Source of the DNA: Gammaproteobacteria bacterium
Lineage (GTDB): Bacteria; Pseudomonadota; Gammaproteobacteria; Steroidobacterales; JABDLF01
DNA length: 64,000 nt
Assembly: GCA_041565075.1 (NCBI GenBank)
Contig: JBFGOQ010000005.1
Coordinates: forward strand, 3,135-67,134
Direction of reading: 5' to 3'
The notes beneath the pieces were generated by a model that worked only from the letters and a program-made list of their open reading frames with translations, was not told where the DNA came from and searched no databases. A program made the position numbers and the translations under genes. Positions 54,218 to 64,000 of this stretch are shown here, piece after piece (position 1 is the first letter of the stretch; the number at the start of each line of letters is the position of its first letter).

Positions 54218-56974
54218 ATGACTCGTAAAAATCCGCTGGCGCTGTTGGCCGGCTTATGCCTGCTGACCCTCGCCGGAAACAGCCTGGCCCAAGGTTCCGA
54301 TATCATCGATATTGCCTACACCCGTTACGTACTCGATAACGGCCTGACCCTGATCGTGCACGAAGACCACAAGGCGCCGATTGTCGCCGTCAACATGTGG
54401 TACGACGTGGGTTCGGCTGATGAAAAACCCGGTAAGACCGGCTTCGCGCACCTGTTCGAGCACCTCATGTTCAATGGCAGCGAAAACTACAACGACGACT
54501 ATTTCAAGCCATTCGATCGCGTCGGCGCCACAGGCATGAACGGTACGACCAACTTTGATCGAACAAATTATTTCCAGGTTGTGCCCAAGACGGCTCTCGA
54601 CATGGCGTTGTGGATGGAATCGGATCGCATGGGTCACATGCTCGGTGCTGTGGATCAGGCACGCCTGGATGAGCAGCGCGGCGTCGTCCAGAACGAGAAG
54701 CGTCAGGGCGAAAACCAGCCCTACGGGAAGGTATTCCTGACCATATTTGAGAACATGTACCCGGACGCGCATCCTTATGATCATTCTGTGATTGGTTCCT
54801 TGGAAGATCTTGATGCTGCCTCACTCGAGGACGTACATGAATGGTTCAAACGCTATTACGGCGCCGCCAATGCCGTGATCGCCATTGCCGGCGATGTGGA
54901 ACCCGAAGACGTCAAGGCTCGCGTCGAAAAATACTTCGGCCACATCGCAGCGGGCCCGCCGCTGATCAAGCCGGCTATCGCCGTGGAGAAGCGCACTCAG
55001 TCCAGTCGGATGTTGATGGAGGACCGTGTCCCACAGGCACGGGTATACAAAGTCTGGGCCGTAGCACCATACGGTGATCCTGATCTGGAATACCTGGACA
55101 TGGCGGGCGATGTGCTGGCGACGGGCAAGAACTCGCGCCTTTACAAGCGCCTGGTCTATGAAGACCAGATTGCCACGGACGTGGTGGCCGGCGTATTCGG
55201 GCGCGAATTGGGCGGGTTGTTTTTTGTCTGGGCAACGGCTCAGCCGGGCCAGGATCTGGCCCAGGTGGAGCAGGTCCTGGATGAAGAGATAAAACGATTC
55301 CTCAAGGAAGGCCCGACCAAGGTCGAGATGGAACGCTCGAGGACCGGTAAGCACGCCGGCTTCGTCCGTGGCGCAGAGCGGATAGGCGGTTTCGGCGGTA
55401 AGTCCGACATCCTTGCTTCCGGTGAAGTTTATTACGGCGACGCAGGTGCATATAAGGAAGTGCAGCGGCGCATCATTGGCGCAACTCGTCAGGACATTCG
55501 GGGGGCCGCCAACCGCTGGCTGTCCGCCGGCGAGTTCGTCTTGGAAGTGCATCCTTTCCCTGACTACGCGGTGCGCCCAAGCACCGTGGATCGCAGCCAG
55601 GGCGTTCCGCAGGTCAGCGAGTTTCCCGAAGGTCGTTTTCCAGATCGTGAGACCACGACTTTGTCGAACGGCACGAAGGTGGTGCTGGCCACACGCAGCG
55701 CGATCCCGGTAGTGCAATTCAGTTTGCTGATGAATGCCGGTTATGCGGCCGATCAGTTCGGCAAGCCCGGTACGGCAAACCTGGCGATGGCAATGCTTGA
55801 CGAGGGCACGCGCACTCGCGACGCACTGAGGATTTCGGATGAGCTGGAGCGCCTCGGAGCCGAACTGAGTGCGGGTTCAAACCTCGATATGTCCTCAGTC
55901 AATCTGTCAGCACTCAGGGCCAACCTCGACCCGTCACTGGAATTGTATGCCGACGTCATCCTCAACCCATCCTTCCCGGGCAAGGAGTTCGACCGCTTGA
56001 AGAAGCAACAGCTCGCGGCCATCAAGCGCGAGAAGACCCAGCCTTTCAGCATGGCACTCAGGGTATTTCCGCGCCTGATGTATGGAGAAGGCCATGCTTA
56101 CGGCTTGCCGCTCACGGGTTCCGGCACCGAGGCGTCGGTGCAGAGTTTATCGGTGGATGAGCTGAAAGACTTTCACTCGACCTGGTTCAAGCCCAACAAC
56201 GCCACCCTGGTGGTGGTGGGCGACATCACCATGGCCGAACTCAGGCCAAAGCTGGAAAAGCATTTCGGCAAGTGGCGCCAGGGTGAAGTACCGGCGAAAA
56301 ACCTGGGTGATGTCGATTTGCCTGATGCAACCTCGGTCTACATTATCGATCGCCCTGACTCGGAACAATCGATTATCTTTGCAGGGCACCTGGCACCGCC
56401 GAAGAGCGACAGCGAACAGCTCGCTATTGAGGCTATGAACGATATCCTCGGCGGCAGCTTCACGGCACGCATAAATATGAATCTTCGCGAGGACAAGCAC
56501 TGGTCTTACGGTGCCCGCAGTCTGGTTTTTGACACAGCAGCGCAGCGGCCGTTTATTGCTTTTGCGCCCGTGCAAACAGATAAAACCGCGGAATCGATCG
56601 CCGAAATCAACAAGGAAGTCACAGGTATTCGCGGCGATGCCATGCCTCCCACTGAAGAGGAACTGGCCAAGATAAAAGACCAGAAGACGCTGACCTTGCC
56701 AGGGCGCTGGGAAACAAATGGCGCAGTGCTGGGAGATATTGTGCAGATGCAGCGTTTCGGACTGCCGGATGACCATTGGTCCACGTATGCCGCAACGGTG
56801 CGCGCGCTGTCCCTGGCTGATGTTTCGCGGCAGGCCGAGCGCGTGCTGCAGCCTGGCAAAATGACCTGGGTCATAGTGGGCGATCGCGCAAAGATCGAGT
56901 CTGGCATCCGCGATCTGGGGCTTGGTGAAGTTCGCTTCCTGGACCCTGACGGTAATCCCGTCGCCGATAACTAA
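54218..56974 (+). CDS. M16-family zinc peptidase, double-length (PqqL-like), periplasmic
   Basis: ATG at 54218 preceded by GAGGA. Signal peptide LALLAGLCLLTLAGNSLAQG, inverted zinc motif HLFEHLMF (HxxEH) and four M16-type half-domains by length. Confidence 0.85.
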   Translation: MTRKNPLALLAGLCLLTLAGNSLAQGSDIIDIAYTRYVLDNGLTLIVHEDHKAPIVAVNMWYDVGSADEKPGKTGFAHLFEHLMFNGSENYNDDYFKPFDRVGATGMNGTTNFDRTNYFQVVPKTALDMALWMESDRMGHMLGAVDQARLDEQRGVVQNEKRQGENQPYGKVFLTIFENMYPDAHPYDHSVIGSLEDLDAASLEDVHEWFKRYYGAANAVIAIAGDVEPEDVKARVEKYFGHIAAGPPLIKPAIAVEKRTQSSRMLMEDRVPQARVYKVWAVAPYGDPDLEYLDMAGDVLATGKNSRLYKRLVYEDQIATDVVAGVFGRELGGLFFVWATAQPGQDLAQVEQVLDEEIKRFLKEGPTKVEMERSRTGKHAGFVRGAERIGGFGGKSDILASGEVYYGDAGAYKEVQRRIIGATRQDIRGAANRWLSAGEFVLEVHPFPDYAVRPSTVDRSQGVPQVSEFPEGRFPDRETTTLSNGTKVVLATRSAIPVVQFSLLMNAGYAADQFGKPGTANLAMAMLDEGTRTRDALRISDELERLGAELSAGSNLDMSSVNLSALRANLDPSLELYADVILNPSFPGKEFDRLKKQQLAAIKREKTQPFSMALRVFPRLMYGEGHAYGLPLTGSGTEASVQSLSVDELKDFHSTWFKPNNATLVVVGDITMAELRPKLEKHFGKWRQGEVPAKNLGDVDLPDATSVYIIDRPDSEQSIIFAGHLAPPKSDSEQLAIEAMNDILGGSFTARINMNLREDKHWSYGARSLVFDTAAQRPFIAFAPVQTDKTAESIAEINKEVTGIRGDAMPPTEEELAKIKDQKTLTLPGRWETNGAVLGDIVQMQRFGLPDDHWSTYAATVRALSLADVSRQAERVLQPGKMTWVIVGDRAKIESGIRDLGLGEVRFLDPDGNPVADN

Positions 56975-56998
56975 ACGCTATCTCAAGTTGATCGATCA

Positions 56999-57035
56999 AT
57001 CGCCCCGTCGGTAACGGCGGGGCGATCTTGTTTTT
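56999..57035 (+). terminator. intrinsic terminator after the M16 peptidase gene
   Basis: ATCGCCCCG-10 nt-CGGGGCGAT forms a 9-bp stem, followed by CTTGTTTTT. Confidence 0.75.
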
Positions 57036-57040
57036 GCGCA

Positions 57041-57973
57041 TCAGGCCCCTGGTGGCATGCGCCTCGACTCGGCCTCGACAAATATTCGCTTGACCCGCGG
57101 AAATTTTGTTTTTATCTGCTGTTCAAGATCCTGCACCACGGTTTCCAGCTCATTGGCACGCCGCTCATCTTTAAACTTCACTGCAAGATTGAGCAGCACG
57201 TATTCAGGGCCCATGTGCATCGTGAGCACATCATTGATGTGATCGACCTCGTCGCAGGCAAGAACCAGCTCGCGGATACCCTGCACAACCTTGTCGTTGG
57301 CGGCCTCACCGATGAGCAGGCCTTTGGTCTCATATGCCAGCCAGGCAGCCGTACCGCCAAGGATCAGTCCAATCAGAATGGACGCAATGCCATCGAAATA
57401 GGGTATGCCGGTGACCTGCGCCAGGAATATGCCCAGGAAAGCGATGATGAGGCCAGCCATGGCCGCGGAGTCTTCAAACAGCACCACAAACAAGGTCGGG
57501 TCCTTGCCGCGTTGCACGGCCTCGAAGTAGCCCCACTGGCCCTTGGTCTTTTTGAACTCCACGAAGGCAACCGTCCAGGCGACGCCTTCGAACACCATGG
57601 CCAGGCCCAGCACTACGTAATTGATCATCGGGCTCGTGATTTCCACCGGATGCAGAACGTGATGAATGCCTTCGTAAATAGAAATGCCTGCGCCCACGGC
57701 AAAAATCAGGATGGCGACCACGAAGCTCCAGAAATACACCTCTTTGCCATGGCCAAATGGAAAGCGCTTGTCAGGCGGCTTTTGCGCGCGCTTGAGCCCA
57801 TACAGCAGCAGCACCTGATTGCCCGTGTCCACTACCGAGTGGATACCCTCGGACAGCATGGCGGAACTGCCCGTGATCGAAGCCGCCACGAATTTGGTGA
57901 TCGCAATCAGGCCATTGCCAATCAGCGCTGCGAAGATGACTTTTTTTGAACCAGCGGCCATATGGGCTCCCAT
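57041..57973 (-). CDS. cation diffusion facilitator (CDF) family metal efflux transporter
   Basis: 310-aa ORF with six TM helices, HSVVDTGNQ in TM2 and a C-terminal cytoplasmic domain (INDVLTMHMGPEYVLLNLAVKF). Confidence 0.85.
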   Translation of the reverse strand: MGAHMAAGSKKVIFAALIGNGLIAITKFVAASITGSSAMLSEGIHSVVDTGNQVLLLYGLKRAQKPPDKRFPFGHGKEVYFWSFVVAILIFAVGAGISIYEGIHHVLHPVEITSPMINYVVLGLAMVFEGVAWTVAFVEFKKTKGQWGYFEAVQRGKDPTLFVVLFEDSAAMAGLIIAFLGIFLAQVTGIPYFDGIASILIGLILGGTAAWLAYETKGLLIGEAANDKVVQGIRELVLACDEVDHINDVLTMHMGPEYVLLNLAVKFKDERRANELETVVQDLEQQIKTKFPRVKRIFVEAESRRMPPGA

Positions 57974-58076
57974 TTATCGGCGGCGCAATGTTAACAGAGG
58001 TCACCATGGCGCGGTGCGCCTTGGACAAGGGTCGCCGGGTCAGTAAGATGCTCCAAACCGGATCGGCAGGGGACCG

Positions 58077-60515
58077 ATGATGCACGATTATGAAAAGCTG
58101 GGCGCCTTTTATCTGGGCAAAAGCTACGACCTCAAGAAAAAGAGCGTAAACGAGGACATCGTCCTCTATGACTCCAAGGACCTGACCACGCACGCCGTGA
58201 TCATCGGCATGACCGGCAGCGGCAAAACCGGCCTCGGTATAGGCATGCTGGAAGAAGCGGCCATGGACAAGGTGCCGGTGATCGCCATCGATCCCAAGGG
58301 CGACCTGGGTAATATTCTGCTGACATTTCCCGGTTTGTCAGCCGGCGATTTTGAACCCTGGGTGAACCCGCGCGAGGCCGAGAAGAAGGGCAAGTCGGTC
58401 AGCCAGTATGCGTCAGAGCAGGCGGCCTTGTGGAAAAAGGGGCTCGGTGAATGGGGTCAGGACAGCGCGCGAATCGGCAAATTCCGCGATTCGGTAGATC
58501 TTGCAATTTACACTCCTGGCAGCTCGGCTGGCCTGCCCGTATCGGTACTCAAGTCATTCAAGGCCCCGGGCGCGCCGGTTCGCGAAGATATGGACCTCTA
58601 TCGCGAGCGCATCCAGGCCACTGCCACCGGGATCATGGCCCTCATGGGCCTGGAGGCCGATCCCATCACCAGTCGCGAGCATATCCTGATCGCCAATGTG
58701 CTGGAGCACTACTGGGGCCAGGACCGCGACCTTGATGTGGCCGGACTGATCACCGCGATCCAAAACCCGCCTGTTGATCGCATCGGCGTGATGGATATCG
58801 AATCGTTTTACCCATCCAAGGACCGTTTCAAGCTGGCAATGCAGCTTAATAACCTGCTGGCCGCGCCGGGCTTCGAGGCCTGGATGGAGGGCGAACCTTT
58901 GAATGCCGGCAATCTCCTCTACACAGAATCTGGTAAACCGCGCATTTCTGTTATGTCGATCGCGCATTTGTCAGATCCGCAGCGCATGTTCTTCGTGTCG
59001 ATGCTGCTCAACGAGCTGATCAGCTGGATGCGCGCACAACCGGGCACATCCAGCCTGCGGGCCATCCTTTACATGGACGAGATCTTTGGCTACATGCCGC
59101 CGACTGCGAATCCGCCATCCAAGACCCTGTTTCTGACCTTGCTGAAACAAGCGCGCGCCTATGGCCTCGGGCTGGTGCTGGCCACACAGAACCCGGTTGA
59201 TCTCGACTACAAGGGTTTATCGAACACGGGCACCTGGTTCATAGGCCGTTTGCAGACCGAGCGCGACAAAATGCGCGTGATGGAGGGCCTGGAAGGTGCA
59301 GCCGCGGGCGGAAAATTCGACAAACAGGCCATGGAGCAGACCATTGCCGGCCTTGGCAAGCGCGTGTTCCTTTTGCATAACGTGCATGAAAACGAACCCG
59401 TGGTATTCAACACGCGCTGGGTGATGTCTTATCTGTCCGGGCCATTTACGCGCGATCAGATCAAGCGACTCATGACGGGACGCAAAGCAAGTGTGCCCGC
59501 GTCTGCGCCAAGCGCAATTGCGCAGGCCACGACCGCAAAGGCCGGGGCAAGCAGCGTGGACACGGCACCCCCGCCCCTGCCGCCTGCGCTGGACCAGTAT
59601 TTCATCCCCGCAGCGCGGCCCGCCGGAGCCGGCGAGAAGCTCGTCTATTTTCCCGTTGTAGTCGCAGCCTCCGACGTTGCATATACCAACGCTCGCTACA
59701 ACGTCAACGACGAGAAGCGTTTCGGACTGGTATGCGAGGTCGATGACGGACCGGTGCCAATTGAGTGGGACAATGCCGAGGAACTGGCGTTGGATTTCGA
59801 TCAGCTCGCGACCGAACCCGAAGGTGAGGCCGAGTATTCGGAATTGCCGGGCGCGGCCAGCAACATCAAGAACTACGCCAAGTGGGAAAAGCTGTTGAAA
59901 CGCTGGTTGCGTGGCAACAAAACCCTGACTCTGTACAAGAGCGAAACCTTCAAGGTGACCTCGGACCCGGGTGAGTCTGAAGGTGAATTCCGCGCCCGCC
60001 TGCAGCAGATCGCTGCCGAAAAACGCGATGCGCAGGTGGAGAAGCTGCGCAAACGGTATGCCAGCAAGACGCGCACGCTGGAAAACCGGCTAATGCGTGC
60101 CCAGCAACGTATCGAGCGGGAGAAGGAACAGTCCAAGCAGCGAAAAGTCGACACCGCGATCTCCTTCGGCACGGCAATTCTGGGCGCGGTACTGGGGCGC
60201 AAGAAAATTTCCACCAGCTCGGCCTCGCGAGTTGGCACGGCTATGAAGTCGGCCGGGCGAATGCGCAAGGAATCCCAGGACATCGAGCAGGCCAAGGAAA
60301 CCGAGGCGGCGGTCAAGGAGGAGATACAGGCCATGGAATCTCAACTGGAACGCGAAATCGAACTCCTGGAAACAGGGTTCAACGCCCAGAATGAGGAACT
60401 CAAGGAGATCGTCATCAAGCCCCGCACCACCGACGTGCACATTCACTTCGTTGGTTTGGGCTGGGCACCGCATTACCAGGACGATAAGGGCCGTCTGCAC
60501 GCGGCCTGGTCGTAG
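58077..60515 (+). CDS. HerA/FtsK-superfamily P-loop ATPase (DUF87-like) with a long C-terminal coiled-coil extension
   Basis: 812 aa. Walker A IIGMTGSGKTGLG, then VIAIDPKGDL; Walker B AILYMDEIFGY; LVLATQNPVDLDYKGLSNTGTWFIGRLQ. A Pro/Ala linker sits around residue 480-510. The C-terminal third is rich in heptad-like K/E/R/Q and includes the hydrophobic patch VDTAISFGTAILGAVLG. Confidence 0.7.
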   Translation: MMHDYEKLGAFYLGKSYDLKKKSVNEDIVLYDSKDLTTHAVIIGMTGSGKTGLGIGMLEEAAMDKVPVIAIDPKGDLGNILLTFPGLSAGDFEPWVNPREAEKKGKSVSQYASEQAALWKKGLGEWGQDSARIGKFRDSVDLAIYTPGSSAGLPVSVLKSFKAPGAPVREDMDLYRERIQATATGIMALMGLEADPITSREHILIANVLEHYWGQDRDLDVAGLITAIQNPPVDRIGVMDIESFYPSKDRFKLAMQLNNLLAAPGFEAWMEGEPLNAGNLLYTESGKPRISVMSIAHLSDPQRMFFVSMLLNELISWMRAQPGTSSLRAILYMDEIFGYMPPTANPPSKTLFLTLLKQARAYGLGLVLATQNPVDLDYKGLSNTGTWFIGRLQTERDKMRVMEGLEGAAAGGKFDKQAMEQTIAGLGKRVFLLHNVHENEPVVFNTRWVMSYLSGPFTRDQIKRLMTGRKASVPASAPSAIAQATTAKAGASSVDTAPPPLPPALDQYFIPAARPAGAGEKLVYFPVVVAASDVAYTNARYNVNDEKRFGLVCEVDDGPVPIEWDNAEELALDFDQLATEPEGEAEYSELPGAASNIKNYAKWEKLLKRWLRGNKTLTLYKSETFKVTSDPGESEGEFRARLQQIAAEKRDAQVEKLRKRYASKTRTLENRLMRAQQRIEREKEQSKQRKVDTAISFGTAILGAVLGRKKISTSSASRVGTAMKSAGRMRKESQDIEQAKETEAAVKEEIQAMESQLEREIELLETGFNAQNEELKEIVIKPRTTDVHIHFVGLGWAPHYQDDKGRLHAAWS

Positions 60516-60557
60516 CCACAAAGTCTGCACCGGCTATCTGCTTGCTGGCATATGCCG

Positions 60558-61466
60558 TCAGCGCGCACCCGGGCTTCGCCAGGTAATCATGGTGACGCCG
60601 ACCAGGATCACAACGGCGCCTGCAAGGCGCGGGCCCTGCAGCGATTCGTCGAGCACCAGCCAGCCAAGCAGCACGGCAACCACGGGATTCACGTAAGCGA
60701 TGGTGCCGAGGCGCGCAGGGGTTGTGTGCTGGATGAGCCACACGTAGGTGCCATAGGCGATGCATGAACCGAAAATGGTCAGATAAAGCATCGCGGCGAT
60801 GCCGTTGAAAGTCCACTGCCAACGTGGCAGTTCGCCGGCCAGCAAGCCATAGCCAATCAGCATCAGGCCACCCAACAGCATCTGCAGGCCGGCAAACATG
60901 ATGGGTGACATGTGCGCGGGGTAAGTGCGCGAGTAAATGGTGCCCAGGCTCCAGGCAATCGGCGCACCGAGGATGGCAAGCTGGCCCGCCAGATAATCCA
61001 TCTGCAGACCGGATTTTGGCCAAAGCAACAAGGCAGCGCCGACGAGGCCAATGGCGATACCGGTCTTTTCACGTCCGGAAACGGGCTGCGCCTTGGCGCC
61101 GAAAGTCCCGAGCCAGGCGGTCCATATTGCGCCGGTGGTAATCAGCAACGCGGCCTGGTTGGATTCAACCCACTGCTCCCCCCAGGTAACCAGGCCGTTG
61201 CCAAGCAGCACCAGGGCCACGGCCATGACCAGGGACGCGATCCAGTCGTGACGTGTTGCCGGGCCTCGCTTGCCCAGGGCGACGCCCACGCTGAGCATGA
61301 TGAGTCCTGCCAGTACGAAACGTACGCCGGCCATGAGGCCCGGGGGGAGATCATGCACAGCGATGCGAATACCGAGGTACGTCGACCCCCACACGATGTA
61401 GACGATCGCGAAGGCACCTGCAATTCTGAATCTGTCACTCACCCGGGACGGGGGACCGAACCACAA
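60558..61466 (-). CDS. EamA/DMT-family transporter
   Basis: 302-aa ORF with 10 hydrophobic helices in two similar halves, as in the EamA duplication. Confidence 0.8.
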   Translation of the reverse strand: MWFGPPSRVSDRFRIAGAFAIVYIVWGSTYLGIRIAVHDLPPGLMAGVRFVLAGLIMLSVGVALGKRGPATRHDWIASLVMAVALVLLGNGLVTWGEQWVESNQAALLITTGAIWTAWLGTFGAKAQPVSGREKTGIAIGLVGAALLLWPKSGLQMDYLAGQLAILGAPIAWSLGTIYSRTYPAHMSPIMFAGLQMLLGGLMLIGYGLLAGELPRWQWTFNGIAAMLYLTIFGSCIAYGTYVWLIQHTTPARLGTIAYVNPVVAVLLGWLVLDESLQGPRLAGAVVILVGVTMITWRSPGAR

Positions 61467-61504
61467 GCCAGCTTGCGATTCGTCCCCTCAGGTTACTGCG
61501 ACGG

Positions 61505-63559
61505 TCAGGTCGTGGTGGCATTCATCGTGCTGCGATACTGATACACGATGACGAAGGCGAGCGCGGCTATACCCAGGGGTGCCGCCAGTCCAAAACTGCC
61601 CACCATCGGCAGTGGCATTACAAATGCCGCGACCACGGCCACCAGCACACCCATCAGTGCCTCACCTGTAATCAGGCCCGAGGCCAGTAGCAAGCCGGTA
61701 TTTTCGCGCTGAATCCACTTTGTCTCAGGCAGGCTTGCCGAGCGTGTCTTAACCAGGTGAGCCAGCACCCCGCCGATGAAAATCGGTACCGACAGACCAA
61801 GCGGCAGGTATACACCAACGGCAACCGCCAGCACCGGAAACCGGAAGTGTGAGCCGCGCTTTTCCTGAATCTTGTCCAGGACAATGAGTGCGACAGCCAG
61901 CGCAAAGCCGATATAAATGAAGCCCCACTCAATGCCGTCACCGAATATGCCACTGGCAAGTGCCTGCATGAGAGCCGCCTGGGGCGCTGCCAGCGGCGCG
62001 GCCTCGGGATTCACCGGGCTCGGCCGACCAATGCCATAGCCGGCATCAAGTACGCCCAGGATCAAAGGAATAATCAAAGCCGCCGCGAGCACGCCTACGA
62101 CCTGAAATATCTGCTGACGCCAGGGGGTTGAACCAAGCACATGTCCGCATTTCAGATCCTGCATGTTATCGCCTGCGATCGCCGCGGCAGAACAAATGAG
62201 GCCCGCCAGGTAGATCACGGCAATGGGGCCGAGCGTCGCGGCCATTCCCTCGTTACCCATCAGTTGCAACAAGATAAGGGCCGATATGATCACCGTGGCA
62301 ATAGTTACGCCGGATATCGGATTGTTGGAACTACCGACCAGCCCGGCCATGTAACCCGCAACGGACGCAAAAATAAAACCGAAAACCAGCATGAGAATTG
62401 TCATGATGCTGGCGATCAAAAACTTGTTGGGATAATCACCCAGTGCAAAACTAAATACGAAGAACACAGGCACGATGGAAATCAGCACCAGGATGGCGAC
62501 GTAATTGATCGGGGTGTCAAACTCGGTGCGCAGTACCGCCTTGGCGTCGGCAGAGCGGCTGAGCTTGTAGGCGTGCAGGCTTGCCTTGACGCCATCCACC
62601 AGCGGCCTGGCCAGGCTGATCAGTGACCACAGACCACCGATCATCATCGCGCCCACGCCAATGCGCCGGCAGTTCTGCCAGGACTGCCCGGCGAGCGCGC
62701 CCCACTCCGAAGCAGTGAAACTACTCCATTGGCGGGATGCGTCGATGCCCACTGCTGCCATGATGGCCTCGTGATTGATCGCCCAGTTGATGGGCACGCC
62801 GATGATGGTGCCGATCACGCCACCCATGAATACCAGCATGGCAATATTGAGTCCTACGATGTAGCCCACGCCAATCAGTGCCGGACTCAATGTAACATTC
62901 CCGAAAAACAGGTAGTTGCCGCCCAGAAACGCGCGCGTGGCCGCAACGCCGCCGGCGAAAAAGCCAAGACCGGATTCCAGCAACTTGATGAAGGCACCGA
63001 TACCGGCAGCTGTTATCAGCTTGATCAGACCTTCGTGTGCCACCGCCTTCTGGGCATGTTCAGGATGTGTACGGTCGGTCTCGATACCACCGGTCTTGAG
63101 CACTTCTGCGGTAGCCACCCCTTCGGGGAAGCGCAGCTTTGCCTCCACGATCAAGGCACGGCGCAGGGGGATGGTAAAAGCCACACCGAGTACGCCGCCT
63201 AATATCGCGATCGACACCATGGGGCCATATTCATAACCGGACCAGGCGTTCATCATGACCAGCGCCGGAATCGTGAAGATGATTCCGGCAACCAGCGATT
63301 CGCCCGCCGAGGCTGCCGTCTGCACCATGTTGTTTTCGAGGATGGTAGAACGCTTGAACAGCCGCAGCACGCCCATGGACACCGCGGCTGCCGGGATTGA
63401 CGCCGACACCGTGAGCCCGACCAGCAAGCCAATATAGGCGTTTGCTGCAGCGAGCAACATTGACAGCAGGGCACCCAGGATCAGGGCCTTGACCGTGAGT
63501 TCGGTCAGCGAGCGCTCGGCCGGGACAACCGGCGGCATGATGACATGTGTTTGTGCCAT
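61505..63559 (-). CDS. OPT-family oligopeptide transporter
   Basis: 684-aa polytopic ORF. The N-terminal LTVKALILGALLSMLLAAANAYIGLLVGLTVSASIPAA and overall length are typical of bacterial OPT proteins. Confidence 0.8.
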   Translation of the reverse strand: MAQTHVIMPPVVPAERSLTELTVKALILGALLSMLLAAANAYIGLLVGLTVSASIPAAAVSMGVLRLFKRSTILENNMVQTAASAGESLVAGIIFTIPALVMMNAWSGYEYGPMVSIAILGGVLGVAFTIPLRRALIVEAKLRFPEGVATAEVLKTGGIETDRTHPEHAQKAVAHEGLIKLITAAGIGAFIKLLESGLGFFAGGVAATRAFLGGNYLFFGNVTLSPALIGVGYIVGLNIAMLVFMGGVIGTIIGVPINWAINHEAIMAAVGIDASRQWSSFTASEWGALAGQSWQNCRRIGVGAMMIGGLWSLISLARPLVDGVKASLHAYKLSRSADAKAVLRTEFDTPINYVAILVLISIVPVFFVFSFALGDYPNKFLIASIMTILMLVFGFIFASVAGYMAGLVGSSNNPISGVTIATVIISALILLQLMGNEGMAATLGPIAVIYLAGLICSAAAIAGDNMQDLKCGHVLGSTPWRQQIFQVVGVLAAALIIPLILGVLDAGYGIGRPSPVNPEAAPLAAPQAALMQALASGIFGDGIEWGFIYIGFALAVALIVLDKIQEKRGSHFRFPVLAVAVGVYLPLGLSVPIFIGGVLAHLVKTRSASLPETKWIQRENTGLLLASGLITGEALMGVLVAVVAAFVMPLPMVGSFGLAAPLGIAALAFVIVYQYRSTMNATTT

Positions 63560-63615
63560 GAAACTGCTCCAGCGGGGCCAGTGGCCCCTATTGTTTATTC
63601 TTTAACAGGATCGGC

Positions 63616-64000
63616 CTACCAACCGCAGGTCTTGCCCTCGTTCTGCTCTTCCAGCCATCCGAGCAGGGGCTGAAAATAATCAATTATGGCCGAAGCATCC
63701 ATCTCGCGCGTGCCGGTTAGTTTTTCCAGCGCATCAGGCCAGGGCTGACTGTTGCCCATGGCGAGCATTTCCTCGAGCCGCTTGCCAGCTTGTTCGCTCC
63801 CATAGAACGAACATTGATCCAGCGGGCCATCGTGACCGGCCAGGTCACACATGGCCTTGTAGAACTGGAATTGCATGATATGCGAGAGAAAATAGCGGGT
63901 GTAAGGCACGTTTGCGGGCACGTGATACTTGGCGCCCGGATCAAAATCGCTTTCATCACGATCGACAGGCGGCACAATGCCCTGGTAACGCGTACGCAGC
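63616..64000 (-). CDS. M2-family peptidyl-dipeptidase (angiotensin-converting-enzyme-like), C-terminal part; 5' end beyond the right edge
   Basis: The frame stays open from 63616 to the window edge (I extended the track ORF 63616..63975 upstream by hand). [43 protein letters not shown]...[12 protein letters not shown] aligns by eye with the C-terminal region of ACE/ACE2 (IRYY..I.QFQF.EALC...GPLH.CDI..S..AG). Confidence 0.8.
   Translation of the reverse strand, partial: LRTRYQGIVPPVDRDESDFDPGAKYHVPANVPYTRYFLSHIMQFQFYKAMCDLAGHDGPLDQCSFYGSEQAGKRLEEMLAMGNSQPWPDALEKLTGTREMDASAIIDYFQPLLGWLEEQNEGKTCGW

Overview
No convincing new multi-gene system was found. The window reads as an ordinary, mostly housekeeping chromosomal stretch of a GC-rich Gammaproteobacterium. 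That taxon call is an inference from gene content: rpsU-yqeY-dnaG-rpoD followed by an ileX-like tRNA, split class II RNR nrdJa/nrdJb, pspF/pspABC, tsaD-folB-folK, and cca near a YgiM-like SH3 gene. I support 58 protein-coding genes: two run off the window edges, and one 34-codon ORF plus the left-edge partial gene are absent from the supplied track. I also support one tRNA, two exact fragments of that tRNA, several promoter or operator candidates and six hairpin terminators. Functional themes:
- nucleotide and folate metabolism
- the macromolecular-synthesis operon
- envelope and heat stress genes (sHSP, DegP, Slt, psp)
- a GH3 beta-glucoside uptake cluster
- many secreted or periplasmic peptidases (GGT, S9, S41, M16, M2/ACE-like, an MA-clan aminopeptidase) plus an OPT peptide transporter

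I saw no CRISPR array, IS element, integrase, prophage, restriction-modification system, toxin-antitoxin pair or known defence module. The items most worth a second look:
1. The tRNA locus carrying exact copies of its own 5' and 3' ends.
2. A monocistronic 812-aa HerA/FtsK-like ATPase with a long coiled-coil tail.
3. A psp operon with extra PspC-like and PspB-like genes.
4. Two widely spaced NrdR-box-like palindromes ahead of the split nrdJ.
5. An 18-bp perfect palindrome over the -35 element of the GH3 operon promoter.

All family calls come from motif recognition by eye. No database search or computation was run, and start codons are often uncertain because the ORF track uses GTG/TTG starts.
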